Of a stretch of 64,000 nt of DNA, positions 25,526-36,279 are shown piece by piece. A model generated the notes under the pieces. That model was not told where the DNA came from. It made no database searches and saw only the letters and a program-made list of their open reading frames with translations. Origin of the DNA: Eledone cirrhosa (taxonomy: Eukaryota). The translations under genes were made by a program, and so were the position numbers. Within the stretch, counting starts at the first letter, position 1. The number at the start of each line of letters is the position of its first letter. The stretch covers positions 89,156,001 to 89,220,000 of the forward strand of contig OZ024747.1 of the NCBI GenBank assembly GCA_964016885.1, in the 5' to 3' direction.

Positions 25526-28437
25526 AATAGGCCTAATAAAAATCCAACGAAAAAAGAAACGAATTAGAACCATATGGAAAGCAGAAAGAACCAAAAAGAA
25601 CTTTGTTACTATCATTTTAAATAGAAATACTTTGTTCTGAAAGTGGAACTTGGTGAATAGGGGTGGGGTGTTAAGGTTGGAAGGTCAGTGATTCAACTCT
25701 ACAATTTACATTTCCGTCACACCTTGTGGTTATGGGAGATTGGCAGAGTTAAAGCCCAAGAACAAGCATGACTGAGGCCAAACAGCTATTGTTTCAGACT
25801 TTGACTAAATTAGTCATATAAGCAAGAAAGGAAGAGAAAAAAGAAGAAAGTTTCAAAGTCAATAGCCTTCTTCCACGGTGATGAATTCTAATAACTTTGT
25901 GAAACTCACTGAGCTGTTGATCTGATGAGATCAGTAGTTGTCTCCCTTACATGACGAAACTCCACTACATAAATATTCAATGTCGAAATGAAATTAAAAA
26001 TAGATTCTGCACCATTTACATATACACACAAGGTCTTTCTTTCGAATAATCCAGTCGTTTTATTATTGTTATTATTTCACACCTCAATTTAATCAATTTA
26101 GTAGACAACAATGAAATATACTCTAATTTTCACCAGTTTAGTTTTATCCTACATAGAATTTATTCGATTAATAAAAAATATATATTTTTTAAATGCGACG
26201 ACTGCCATGGAGCAAAGTATGTTAATAAAAAAAATACGAGAAGTAAATATTTGTCTAATTCCAACAAGGTTTTATTTAAATGCATTTCCACTTCAAAACT
26301 TTACCCATATGTTGCGCGAGAGGATCTAATGAACAGGTGTTAGAACAGGGAGGTATGACGATTTCAGAAAGAGAAAAGTAGTTTGCCAGGAAAAACAACA
26401 AAAGCATAGAACTATTTCATGACAAACTGTCATGTTTAAAGCATTAATAAAATCATTCAAGTGGTATTTATGTGTTCCGTAAACTCAGTACTACACCATT
26501 ACTTTTGTTTAAACAAAAATACCAACAATACCGAGTGTTGAGTGTAAAGTTAAACAAGACACATTTAAAAACCTCTAAAGCAGGCTGCCTTACTAAATAT
26601 ATTATTCATTTCTATATAGAAGAAATTAGTAACCAAAGGGTGTGAATTTAATATATACGAGTGTTATATATGTGTGTGTGTGTGCTTACGTATCGAGTTA
26701 TTGTAGACTAAATATATTTTCACAATTTTTCTCATGCATACTTACACGCTTCGCTTTCCTTAAAATTCCAACATATACGTTTATATATGTATACATATAA
26801 ATAAATACATACACACAGACAGACAATATCTATTATATATAAATAAAATAAAATGTATGTATATCGATTGTGTTGAGTCAAAATTTCAACACAATACAGG
26901 AAGTTAAATGGCAAACCACTTGTGGTATTAGACTATAATTTTGTGTAGAATTTTCAACAATAAAGAGATTTCCACGAAGCAAAGATGATTATTAAATAAA
27001 CAAGAAACATTTTAATAGCCTAACTTGTTAAAATAGAACATCTATAGATATTGGCATCTAAGATATTTGACTTGTTATAATTAGCACGAAAAGGCAGCTT
27101 TATTTATTTAAATTTTTTTCCCCATTACTATACCAGACTGATTTCTGGTTATCAAATCAAACACTGACGGCTGGCGGTGAACACGTAACACTGATAGCCA
27201 GCTCCTGCTGTTTCAAAACCTATATAAACTAAATTATATTTTACCTTTCAGCTACCATATAAAACACTAAATAAAATGAGGTATATACAAAAATTATTAC
27301 GGAAAGCTCACTGCTGAAATATCTGTAAGTAACTAGGCGAGAAAAGAATAATTGACAATTATATATATATATGTAAATAGATATATATATTTATATATAT
27401 AGGAAGGCAAGGGAATATATTGTTCTAAATGGACGTGGTTGTATGAGGAAAGGGTTATGTCATAAACGAGCCAATAGACACATGACCATTGCCGAGAAGC
27501 TGACTGGCGCTGTCTGCAGATAGACTAGAAAAGATTACAATACAGGGCCATTTATATAGAATTCAGCATTTCAAGCAGTTTTCATAATAATAACAATAAT
27601 AAAAAACAAAACCAACACATTCAGTCGATAATAAAATCCACGTTTTAAGCAGCTGTAATGTAACCAAATAAACCAAGCATGTCAATACTTGTGGGTCGTA
27701 AATCAACATATTCTACATTTTGATAGTCATAATAATAATGTGTAGCTTGATGACGGTGTTATGCAATTCGGTGGTGGTAGTGGTGGTGGTGCGATGAACA
27801 GGAGATATATAGATACATATATACATACGCACACACCAATATAAACATTAAAATACGACATAGAAAGAGCAAAATAAAGACGGAAGGGAGAGAAGAAATA
27901 TAAAAGCGAAGTAATGTAGTCGACGTAATACAGAGCTTAATGTAAACGACGATGGTGTCGTTCATTATAAGGAGTTTAAGGAAAAGGAAATGATTTGTAT
28001 GGAGGTCTGGAGATAGTTGAAAATATTAACGTCAGCAATCGGTAGAGAGGCTTATCAGACTGATGTCAGCTTGAGGAGAGAAAGAGAAACTCACCTTACC
28101 TACACAGATAAACAGAGAGAGAGAGAAAGAAAGAAAGATAGAGATAAGAATGTGCTGTATCATTTCTTGAAAAAAGAGCTTAGAATCTTCTTTCGAAAGG
28201 GTCAGTTTGTGTGGTGCTAGGAAGATAAACAATAGACAATTTAACGATAGTCAATCATTTTGTCAATATCGATAAATTAACGAAGTAGGTCAGAAATCTA
28301 AACAGTAAGGTCATTTGGTGTAAGTTAGACAGGGGGCCCTGCTTTTGCTACTGCACAGTACGGGTGTGTTGGTTGGGTTTAGAGTAGCCAACTCTGGTGA
28401 GTTAAACAGGTCTCAAAAGGTAGTAGTCACTACTTAC

Positions 28438-28750
28438 AGATCGTGTCCTCGGGTGTTTTTGTCTTTGTTGGTGAAGTGGACACGGTGGACACTAACCGAA
28501 CGAGCCGGCGATCAGCTGGTATACCAGTCCTCCCCTTCTTCCTCTAGCAGACCTCTCGCTTCGCCATCATCCTACTCAAGGGTCTACGTGACGGTGGAGA
28601 GTGCATCAAGGGACGCAATTCAAATTGACGCAAAAAACTTAGGGATCTCCAGTTGTGCGACGGTGGTTGCGCCGCCACCGTAGCAGGAAACAACTTGTAC
28701 CCTCCCTTCCTTCGTCTCATTTTCATATCTCCCATCGCTATTTCATTTAT
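28438..28750 (-). other. putative first (probably 5'-UTR) exon of an unidentified minus-strand host gene
   Basis: GC/CpG-rich unique sequence ending in a perfect donor ATCT|GTAAGT (GT at 28437-28436); the downstream (leftward) sequence is T-rich on the minus strand. Left boundary is precise, right boundary is not. Confidence 0.55.
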
Positions 28751-29200
28751 ATGTAAATATGGTCTACGCTTCAGTATGTTACGCTATTAGTTTCGATTTT
28801 GTATTTAAAATATCATATGATTTGTTTTTATAAATATCTAAACCTTCATTATTGCTTGTTTTCGTTTCATTTTTTTTTTCTAGTAGTAAATATAGACTAG
28901 AAATAAAATATTAAATTATATGACACTATAGTTATTTTTTTTATAATAATTGCTCGATAAGTACATTAAACAAATAAATACTTTCCTAATAAGACAACGT
29001 ATGGTGGGAATTGAAACTAGTATTGCTTCGACAGGTGGTTGTCGGGTGGTAATATGAGAGAAAACAAAACGAAACGAAAAATAAAAAAAAGCTACGTGGT
29101 TGCCTACATTGCAACACAGATTATACGAAACTGAAGTAAGGGAGAGAATTGTTGTGAACAACTGCCATAGTTATTTAATCATTTACTCACTGCAAATAAA
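28750..29200 (-). promoter_or_regulatory. candidate promoter region
   Basis: TE-free, CpG-retaining DNA immediately upstream of the putative first exon; no specific core element proven. Confidence 0.3.
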
Positions 29201-29564
29201 AACACCGATCTTAAACTAGAATTTTAATATAAATAAATAAATATATCACTACAAAATATCTTTTTTTTTTTCCCCCACACAGACTGATAACTCGTACCTG
29301 TATTTTAAATAGTAGAATATAAAATATTAACATTTGAAGTTGATACATTGATTAAACGAGTATTGCCCCTCCTCTCTCACATTTACATCATATTCACATT
29401 GGAGTCATATTATATCACTTATGCATTTTGATACTGTAAACTCATTTGCTTATATGCGGATGTCTTTTAGAAGTTGCTACTTTGATATATATATATATAT
29501 GTAATATATATGTGTGTTATTACATAACTATGTAATATATATATATATAATATATATAAATTAT

Positions 29565-29735
29565 ATCAAGACTGTAGAGTGGGTCTTGTTACTCTGGACT
29601 TTCGCCTGTTTATCACAGGGTCATGTTGTCTGATGACCCTGTAATAAACACTATTTAGCCTTAGTAAAATGAATATTAAAACTCTACTTCGGTATTGAGT
29701 ACTCCTTTCTCTCAGCCGTCAACCATAAACACAAT
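29565..29735 (+). mobile_element. partial fold-back element with split hammerhead core and tail
   Basis: tgtttatcacagggtcat / atgaccctgtaataaaca arms; CTGATGA at 29630-29636; GAAA on minus strand at 29603-29600; TATTGAGTACTC at 29693-29704; same family as 49045 and 51757. Confidence 0.8.
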
Positions 29736-30355
29736 ATATATATATATACACACACAATTGATGTTTATTCTGTGGTCAAATTATCAATAGATATACATAA
29801 GTATCCTACATATAACTTTATATTATCTCTTACACCCCCGTCTAGTATTCATAACATAAAAATAATAATATTACAGTTTTATAAAGGAATATATGTTTTT
29901 TATGTAGTATTTAATGTTTAATGAGTTTATGTGGAAAATATAAAATAAAAGGTTACTTTATACAACTGTGTCTTCTCAATATTAACTGTGTTAATGGGAA
30001 GTATGCACAATATCCTTCCCATTATTTCAACAGTCATATATTATGATGAATTATTAGGCAATTTGTGTTCTAATAGTTCAGTATTGAACACTAAAGAACT
30101 AATGCTATAATTTCTATTAACTACTAACTATATTTTTGCCATATCTACGTCATTATAAATTAATATTTTATAGCCTTTAACTGCTGAATAAAAGCGTCAT
30201 TGAAATTGCTTTATAACAATTTTATTCAACAGATGGAAGGGTCACATTTGAAAGCCGAGTTGAAGTTACTTTACAATAGTTAATATAATGTAATGGTCTG
30301 CCATTAGTTAGTACCAATCTATAATATGGATTACATTAAAACTCTACTTTTCCAA

Positions 30356-30497
30356 CAGTGCTGGATTTAGGACAAATGAGGCCCCTTACTTGGGCCCTGA
30401 AGGAGGTAAAAAAAATTGGGGCAGGAAGATGCCCCACCCCCGGCGAACGGGACACAGTGCTTAAGCACCCCTAAGCACAATGGTGAATCTGGCACTA
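30356..30497. mobile_element. hAT-type MITE
   Basis: TIR CAGTGCTGGATTTA / TGAATCTGGCACTA; near-perfect 8-bp TSD ttttccaa / ctttccaa. Confidence 0.7.
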
Positions 30498-30616
30498 CTT
30501 TCCAAGCTTTATATAAACTCTATCAAATTCTATTTGGTGTTATAATTGTTTTGAAAACAAGACATTGACACATTTAAAGAACTTCTCTTTTAAAATCACA
30601 TTATATCTTTTGCAAT

Positions 30617-30810
30617 TGGGTTAGTGGTTAGGGTGTTGGGATTTCAATGATGAGGTTGTGAGTTCAATTCTTGGATTGGATGATGCATTGTGTCCTTGAG
30701 CAAGACACTTTATTTTATGTTGGTCCAGTTTACTCAGCTGTAGAAATGAGTTGCGATATCACTAGTGCCAAGCTATATCAGCTTTTGCTTTTCCCTTCGA
30801 CAATTGGTAA
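30617..30810 (+). mobile_element. tRNA-derived SINE (family B)
   Basis: gtgagttcaattc B-box and gtgtccttgagcaagacactt core, as at 9438. Confidence 0.75.
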
Positions 30811-31118
30811 ATATGAAATTATATGCTATCTCATATCAAAATATGTGTACTTGGTGAAAAGAGTTTTAGATATATCATCATCAATGTCATCATCATCATC
30901 ATCACCATCATGATCGTCGTCATCATCATCATCATTATCACCATCATCATCATCTCACTCCTGTTGAAGGGGCCCCTCACTGGTTGACCTCCACCACTTC
31001 CTATCTCTGGCCACACTGGGCCATGTGGGGCTGGAGTATCGGGTCAGATCGTTGTGCCATCTTGCCTTTGGCCACCTAGTTCTTCTCATCTTCCTTGGTG
31101 TCCACTCTGTCATTTTAA

Positions 31119-31329
31119 CCCTTTACCATTTACATTACTCTATATTTACTATTGTATTTTTGTGGTAAAGGCTTTATTTCGCATAATTATCTCACATAAT
31201 ATTGAATCTACGAGATTTTGATGTTATCTATTTTGAGAACAATGTCTTAACATCAGTATGAGTGGCCAGTTTGAACAGAAAGAGGTAAGAGAATTCTGGC
31301 CAGATATGACCGGTTTGAATATTAAAGGG
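31119..31329. mobile_element. TTAA-type MITE inserted in an old LINE 3' fragment (~30955-31410)
   Basis: TTAA|CCCTTTACCATTT...AATATTAAAGGG|TTAA. Confidence 0.85.
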
Positions 31330-31449
31330 TTAATGGTCCACTTGTCTCTGAGATGAGAGAGACAGTCAGCCCATAAGTTTGCTCTTCCAGAAGGTCTTGA
31401 TTATGTCCTTCACTAACGTTAGTAGTTATAGTGATCAACTATTATTATA

Positions 31450-31627
31450 GTTATCGGTAGAGGGTTGGACGCCATGCTTTGACGCATAGAGTTACGGTCC
31501 TTGCCATTCTGAGTTCAAATCCCGCCGAGGTTAACTTTGCCTTTCATCCTTTCGGGGTCGATAAAATAAAGTACCAGTAATACACTGGGTAATTGCTGGC
31601 CTTGTGCCAAATGTAGAAACAATTATA
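31450..31627 (+). mobile_element. SINE family A
   Basis: GAGTTCAAATCCCGCCGAGG B-box and full core. Confidence 0.9.
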
Positions 31628-32584
31628 GTTATCTGCATGAGAATGACTATATTTTCAAATATGATATGTCTGTGTCTTTCAATGACATATTGGACCTTTC
31701 TTTGCTTCCACTGATGAATGTTCCAACTGATTGAACAATGGACCAGCCTGCTCATCAAATTAACATACAAGTCACTGTGCATTCCACAGATATGTGAACT
31801 CTTAATTTAGTTCTCAGGAAGATTCGGTGTGACAAAAATATGACATGGCTGGCCCTTTCAATTACAGGTACAACTCAATATGAAATAAAGTGTTTTGCTC
31901 AAGAACATAATGCACTGCTAAGAATTGAACTCACACCCTTAAGATCATGAGCTAAACACCATAATCACTAAGCCATATGCCTTCACAATGATACATATTG
32001 TTCCCTAAGAAACGATTATTTCATTTCATTTACTTTCAAATACATTTCTGAAGAATAGTTACACTAAGAAGCTGACTGAGAGAATCTCTAAGATCTAAAG
32101 TGCCTATAAAAAAAGAACAGTTTCCCTGTCACTTCTTTATTGCAGAAGACTATTAAAGAAATACTATTGAAAATATGGAAATTACAAAATCAGAATGGTC
32201 TTTTGTAGCTCTAAACATTCTCTCCAAAATTATTCCACAAATTCCTCAGCTGCTATTGCAAAGCTTGCAAAGTAACCTAAATTTATAAATTGATTGTAAA
32301 TACCCACCTTCCATATGTATGTATTATCTGGAGATCTCTCTGCACTTGTCGTCACATGGTACCATGGGCCCAGCACTATGTGTCAATAATTGTCACAAGT
32401 GTAGTGTTTGTACCAGAGTTTTCATGTCGCTGGCTGGACTAAAAAGTCACACCCGTTCAGCGCATCGGTAGGGGTTCTCCTACATGGATATAAAGTAATG
32501 GCCGTACTCGAAAACGAATTGACAGCCACCATATATACACACACACACACATATATATATATATAGATAGATAAATATATAGAT

Positions 32585-32790
32585 ATAGGAAAAGAGTCAG
32601 GACCCTGACGGCTGAACTCTGGCTCTTTGACAGCTAAATCCAAACAGTTTGGATCTAGCTGTTGAAATGGCCGGAGCTCAGCCGTCGGGGTCCCGATGCT
32701 TTACCTATTACCCACTCTACTACCCTAACTATTGAGTACTCTGGTGTGTTATGGCCCATCTGGTATCTTACCACATCCTCTTTGTTAATA
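32585..32790 (+). mobile_element. fold-back element (~61-bp arms) with tail
   Basis: Arms 32585-32645 / 32647-32708, with several mismatches at CpG sites; GAAA retained but no CTGANGA; TATTGAGTACTC at 32730-32741; (TA)n flanks. Confidence 0.8.
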
Positions 32791-33109
32791 TATATATATG
32801 ATACCAATAGGGATGTATCATAGTAGGAGGGCTTGCATGATGGGTACCAAATGGAAATGAGGGTGATGGATGTCAACTATGAGTCTCCTGGAAAGTAGAA
32901 TGATGGTTAGAACTCCAGTGTGGTAGGACTGAACATAGATGTAAGTGACAGATATCATCAAATATCAGTGATGATAAGTGAGAGTGGTAAATAGCAGCAA
33001 GGAGAATGATGTGGATTTGGTCAGATCCAACATCTAAGATGTAATGATGGGTCATAAGTTAAAGTGGTAGTTTGTGAATGGTAATGGGAATGGTGATAAA
33101 TAAAAATAA

Positions 33110-33285
33110 TAATTGTTTCTACGTTTAGGCACAAGGCCAGCAATTTGAATGGAAGGGGAAGTTGACTAAATTAACCCCAGTGTTACTGGTACTTTATTTT
33201 ATCAACTCAGTAACAATGAAGGGCAAAGTTAACCTTGGTGGGATTTGAACTCAGAACATAAAGAGCTGTAACTAAATGCTTGGGA
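33110..33285 (-). mobile_element. SINE family A
   Basis: Reverse-complement core and ggatttgaactcag. Confidence 0.8.
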
Positions 33286-34039
33286 ATCAATTAGATCATC
33301 ATCTTCATCATTACCATTTAACGTCCATTTTCCCATGCTAGCAGGTGCTAAACAATTTCATATATATAGAATTATTAATTCACAGGTTTTATGGCATGTT
33401 ACATAATTTTATTTCAAAAGTTTATCTCAAACACATCTATTGACCAAGGTTTTTCAATGTAAAACATGTTAAAGAGTAGCAGAAAAAGTTCCATACTCCA
33501 TATAGAATTGGACAAACTGCGGTACAATTCGCTTTCTGAATGGCATGTCTAATTTCAATATTGCCTTAACATTTTTAATATTATGGGCCGACTTATAATG
33601 AGCCACATCCTATGTAGCCCATCATCATCGTTTAACATCCATTTTCCATGCTAGCATGGGTCTGCTTGAAAAAGGTTGTCCATGCCTGGCTTACAGGTTG
33701 TCTTAGAAAAGAACAAACTTCTAATTACTAACTGAGAACACAAAATTCTAAATAAGTAGAAATAAGGAAATAAGTGGATAGGAACTTGGTGTACTCAAGG
33801 CATACAATAAATATACAAAACATGTTGTGTAGGAGCCAGTACTCACTGTAAATGAGGTTGGTGTTAGGAAGAGCAACCAGCTGTAGAAATCAAGCCAAAA
33901 TCAGTTCCCATATGAGCAAGACATGGTCACCCGACCTGGCATTGCCCCACAACAGGACAACCCGTTTAACCCATGCTAGTGTGTAAGAATGGACGTAAAA
34001 CGGTGATGATGATGATGATTAGTATCGCTATTAGGGAAC

Positions 34040-34850
34040 TACTAGTTTAGGTAACTACTACCACTGCTAGCTGCAAAAGGCTTCTCCCTCAGAATGAAAG
34101 GCAGACTGTATGATGCGTGTATCCGAACAGCGATGTTGCATGGTAGTGAGACCTGGGCGCTGAAGGTGGAAGACTTACGTAGATTAGAGAGAAACGAAGC
34201 CTGCATGCTCCGATGGATGTGTAACAGTAATATACGTGAACGACAAAGCATAAAGGAATTGAGAGAGAGAGACTGAGCATAAGAGGAATCAAATGCTGCG
34301 TGCAGGAGAGGCGGTTACGCTGGTATGGACATGTGATGCGTATGAAGGATGACAGCTGCATAAAAAGGTGCAGAGCACTAGAAGTTGATGGAAACCGCGG
34401 AGTGGGGAGACCCAAGATGACTTGGGATGAGGTGATAAAAGCCGACCTTACCCAACTACACCTCTCAAAGTCAATGACACACGACCGTGACTTCTGGCGT
34501 CACGCAGTAATACAGGGTACCCGACCTCCCATGGGTACATGCTGAAGCATATAAACAATATGCCCCCCCCCCCCCCCACGGCAAGGTGGTCGTGGAGGTG
34601 CCACGGCAAAAAAGCACCCAGCCCACACTGTAAAGTGGACGTGTAGGCGCCACGAAAAAGCACCCAGCACTCACTGTAAATGAGGTTGGTGTTAGGAAGG
34701 GCATCCAGCTGTAGAAATCAAGCCAGATCAGTTCCTGTATGAGCAAGGCATGGTCAGCCGACCAGACACTGCCCACAACAGGACAACCTGTCTAACCCAT
34801 GCTAGCGTGGAAGAACGGACGTAAAACGGTGATGATGATGATGATGATGA
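34040..34850 (+). mobile_element. 5'-truncated RTE LINE with SINE-like 3' UTR
   Basis: [39 protein letters not shown]; one frameshift in a (GA) run; 48-bp modules; (TGA)n tail. Confidence 0.92.
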
Positions 34851-34859
34851 TTAAACTGA

Positions 34860-35235
34860 TAATATCACTTTACCTGGATTTTCAGATGTTCAATATGATT
34901 TTATATGCAATGAGTGTGACCAAATTTACCTCAGTAATGCTGGTCTTAGAAGTCATCATAGAAGCCATGTACAAAATGTCGCCAATTATGGTCTCTTTGG
35001 AATGTCTTTCTATCAGAAGTGTGGAAAAACAATGTGTCTTGACCAGTGCACCCCAACATCATTTGAAAACTTACCAAAACAAAACAGGGAACCAAAATGG
35101 AAGTAATGTTTATCACTGCAGCATATACAGAAAGGAATGTAAATCCTTGGAAAGGCTAAAGAGTCATGTTCATGCCACCCATGTGTGAGAGGGGGATCAG
35201 GTGGTGGCAATTCTTGAAATCAAGATGCAGCCATC
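34860..35235 (+). pseudogene. three degenerate C2H2 zinc fingers, probably the C-terminus of an old LINE
   Basis: FICNECDQIYLSNAGLRSHHRSH, a broken second finger (QKCGK..HHLKT), and YHCSIYRKECKSLERLKSHVHATH; frameshifted. Confidence 0.6.
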
Positions 35236-35802
35236 TTTAAACTGACACAAGACTTAGACTCAGAGTTATTTTTTGTAAACTGTTGTAGCTGTGTTAGTCC
35301 CATGTTATTCCTGACTCAGTAGATCTATGATGAAATATGACCATCCCATATTTTTGGAGGTCATTCCATATCTAGAACTGCATTATCTAATGTGTCCTCC
35401 CTATTTTTAAGATGGTAGGTGTAATTTGAAGGAGAATTGGCTGTTATTCAAAGTAACAACATACTTAGTAAAGGTGAGGAAGTCTCTCTTAGACTGGAGA
35501 GATTGAAGTGGTTGATATAGTGACATAAATATCTATAAGTTAGTGTAAGCAGGAAAAATGTGGACGGAGAGAGCAGGGGATCTGGTCAAATTACTTATGA
35601 TAAAGCAGACTTGGCTAAAGGCCCAAGTGATTGTGTTAAATAGGGTAGCCTGATTTACTAGCTGTAGTGGAGATTTTCTATTATCTACGTGATTTAATTA
35701 ATTTGGGGAGTTAATTATAATGAAGGTGTAGTTGCTATAGCACCCCACCCCCACCCCAAAAAGGGTTATGTAGATTGAACTGAAATATGTGTAAGGATTT
35801 AT

Positions 35803-35990
35803 AATTGTTTCTACTTTTGGCACAAGGCCAGCAATTATCCCAGTGTATTACTAGTACTTTATTTTATTGACCCCGTAAGGATGAAAGGCAAAGTTAACCT
35901 CGGCGGGATTTGAACTCAAATCATAAAGGGAGGTAACTCTATGCATCAAAGCATGGCGTCCGACCCTCTACCGATACTGCCAATCCACCT
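35803..35990 (-). mobile_element. SINE family A, full length
   Basis: Reverse complement of the 12281 copy, with A and B boxes. Confidence 0.92.
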
Positions 35991-36279
35991 TTAAGGAGTT
36001 ATAATGTTTGATAGTGAGATATTGGCATTAGATGTTTAGGAGCTCTAGAAGATTGAGAGAAATGAGTAGGTATGATGTGTTTAATATGTTATAGTGACTT
36101 GCATCATGAAGAGAAAAGCAAATTGAGCTGCAAGAAAGTGTGTGGGAATTATAGACTGACAGCTGTCTGTCCAGCTATTTATCCAGTCATCCATACAGCC
36201 TTCTGTCTAACCTTTCATCAGGATGTCCTACCAGTTGTCTTCCCAGTCTTCTATCTAGCTGTTTCTCCAGTCTTCTGTC

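Noticed and set aside
25915-25965. CTGATGAG...CGAAAC hammerhead-like core
   Set aside because: No stem III partner or NUH triplet in any topology, CTGATGA sits within a competing gatct/agatc hairpin, and there is no TA flank or tail motif.
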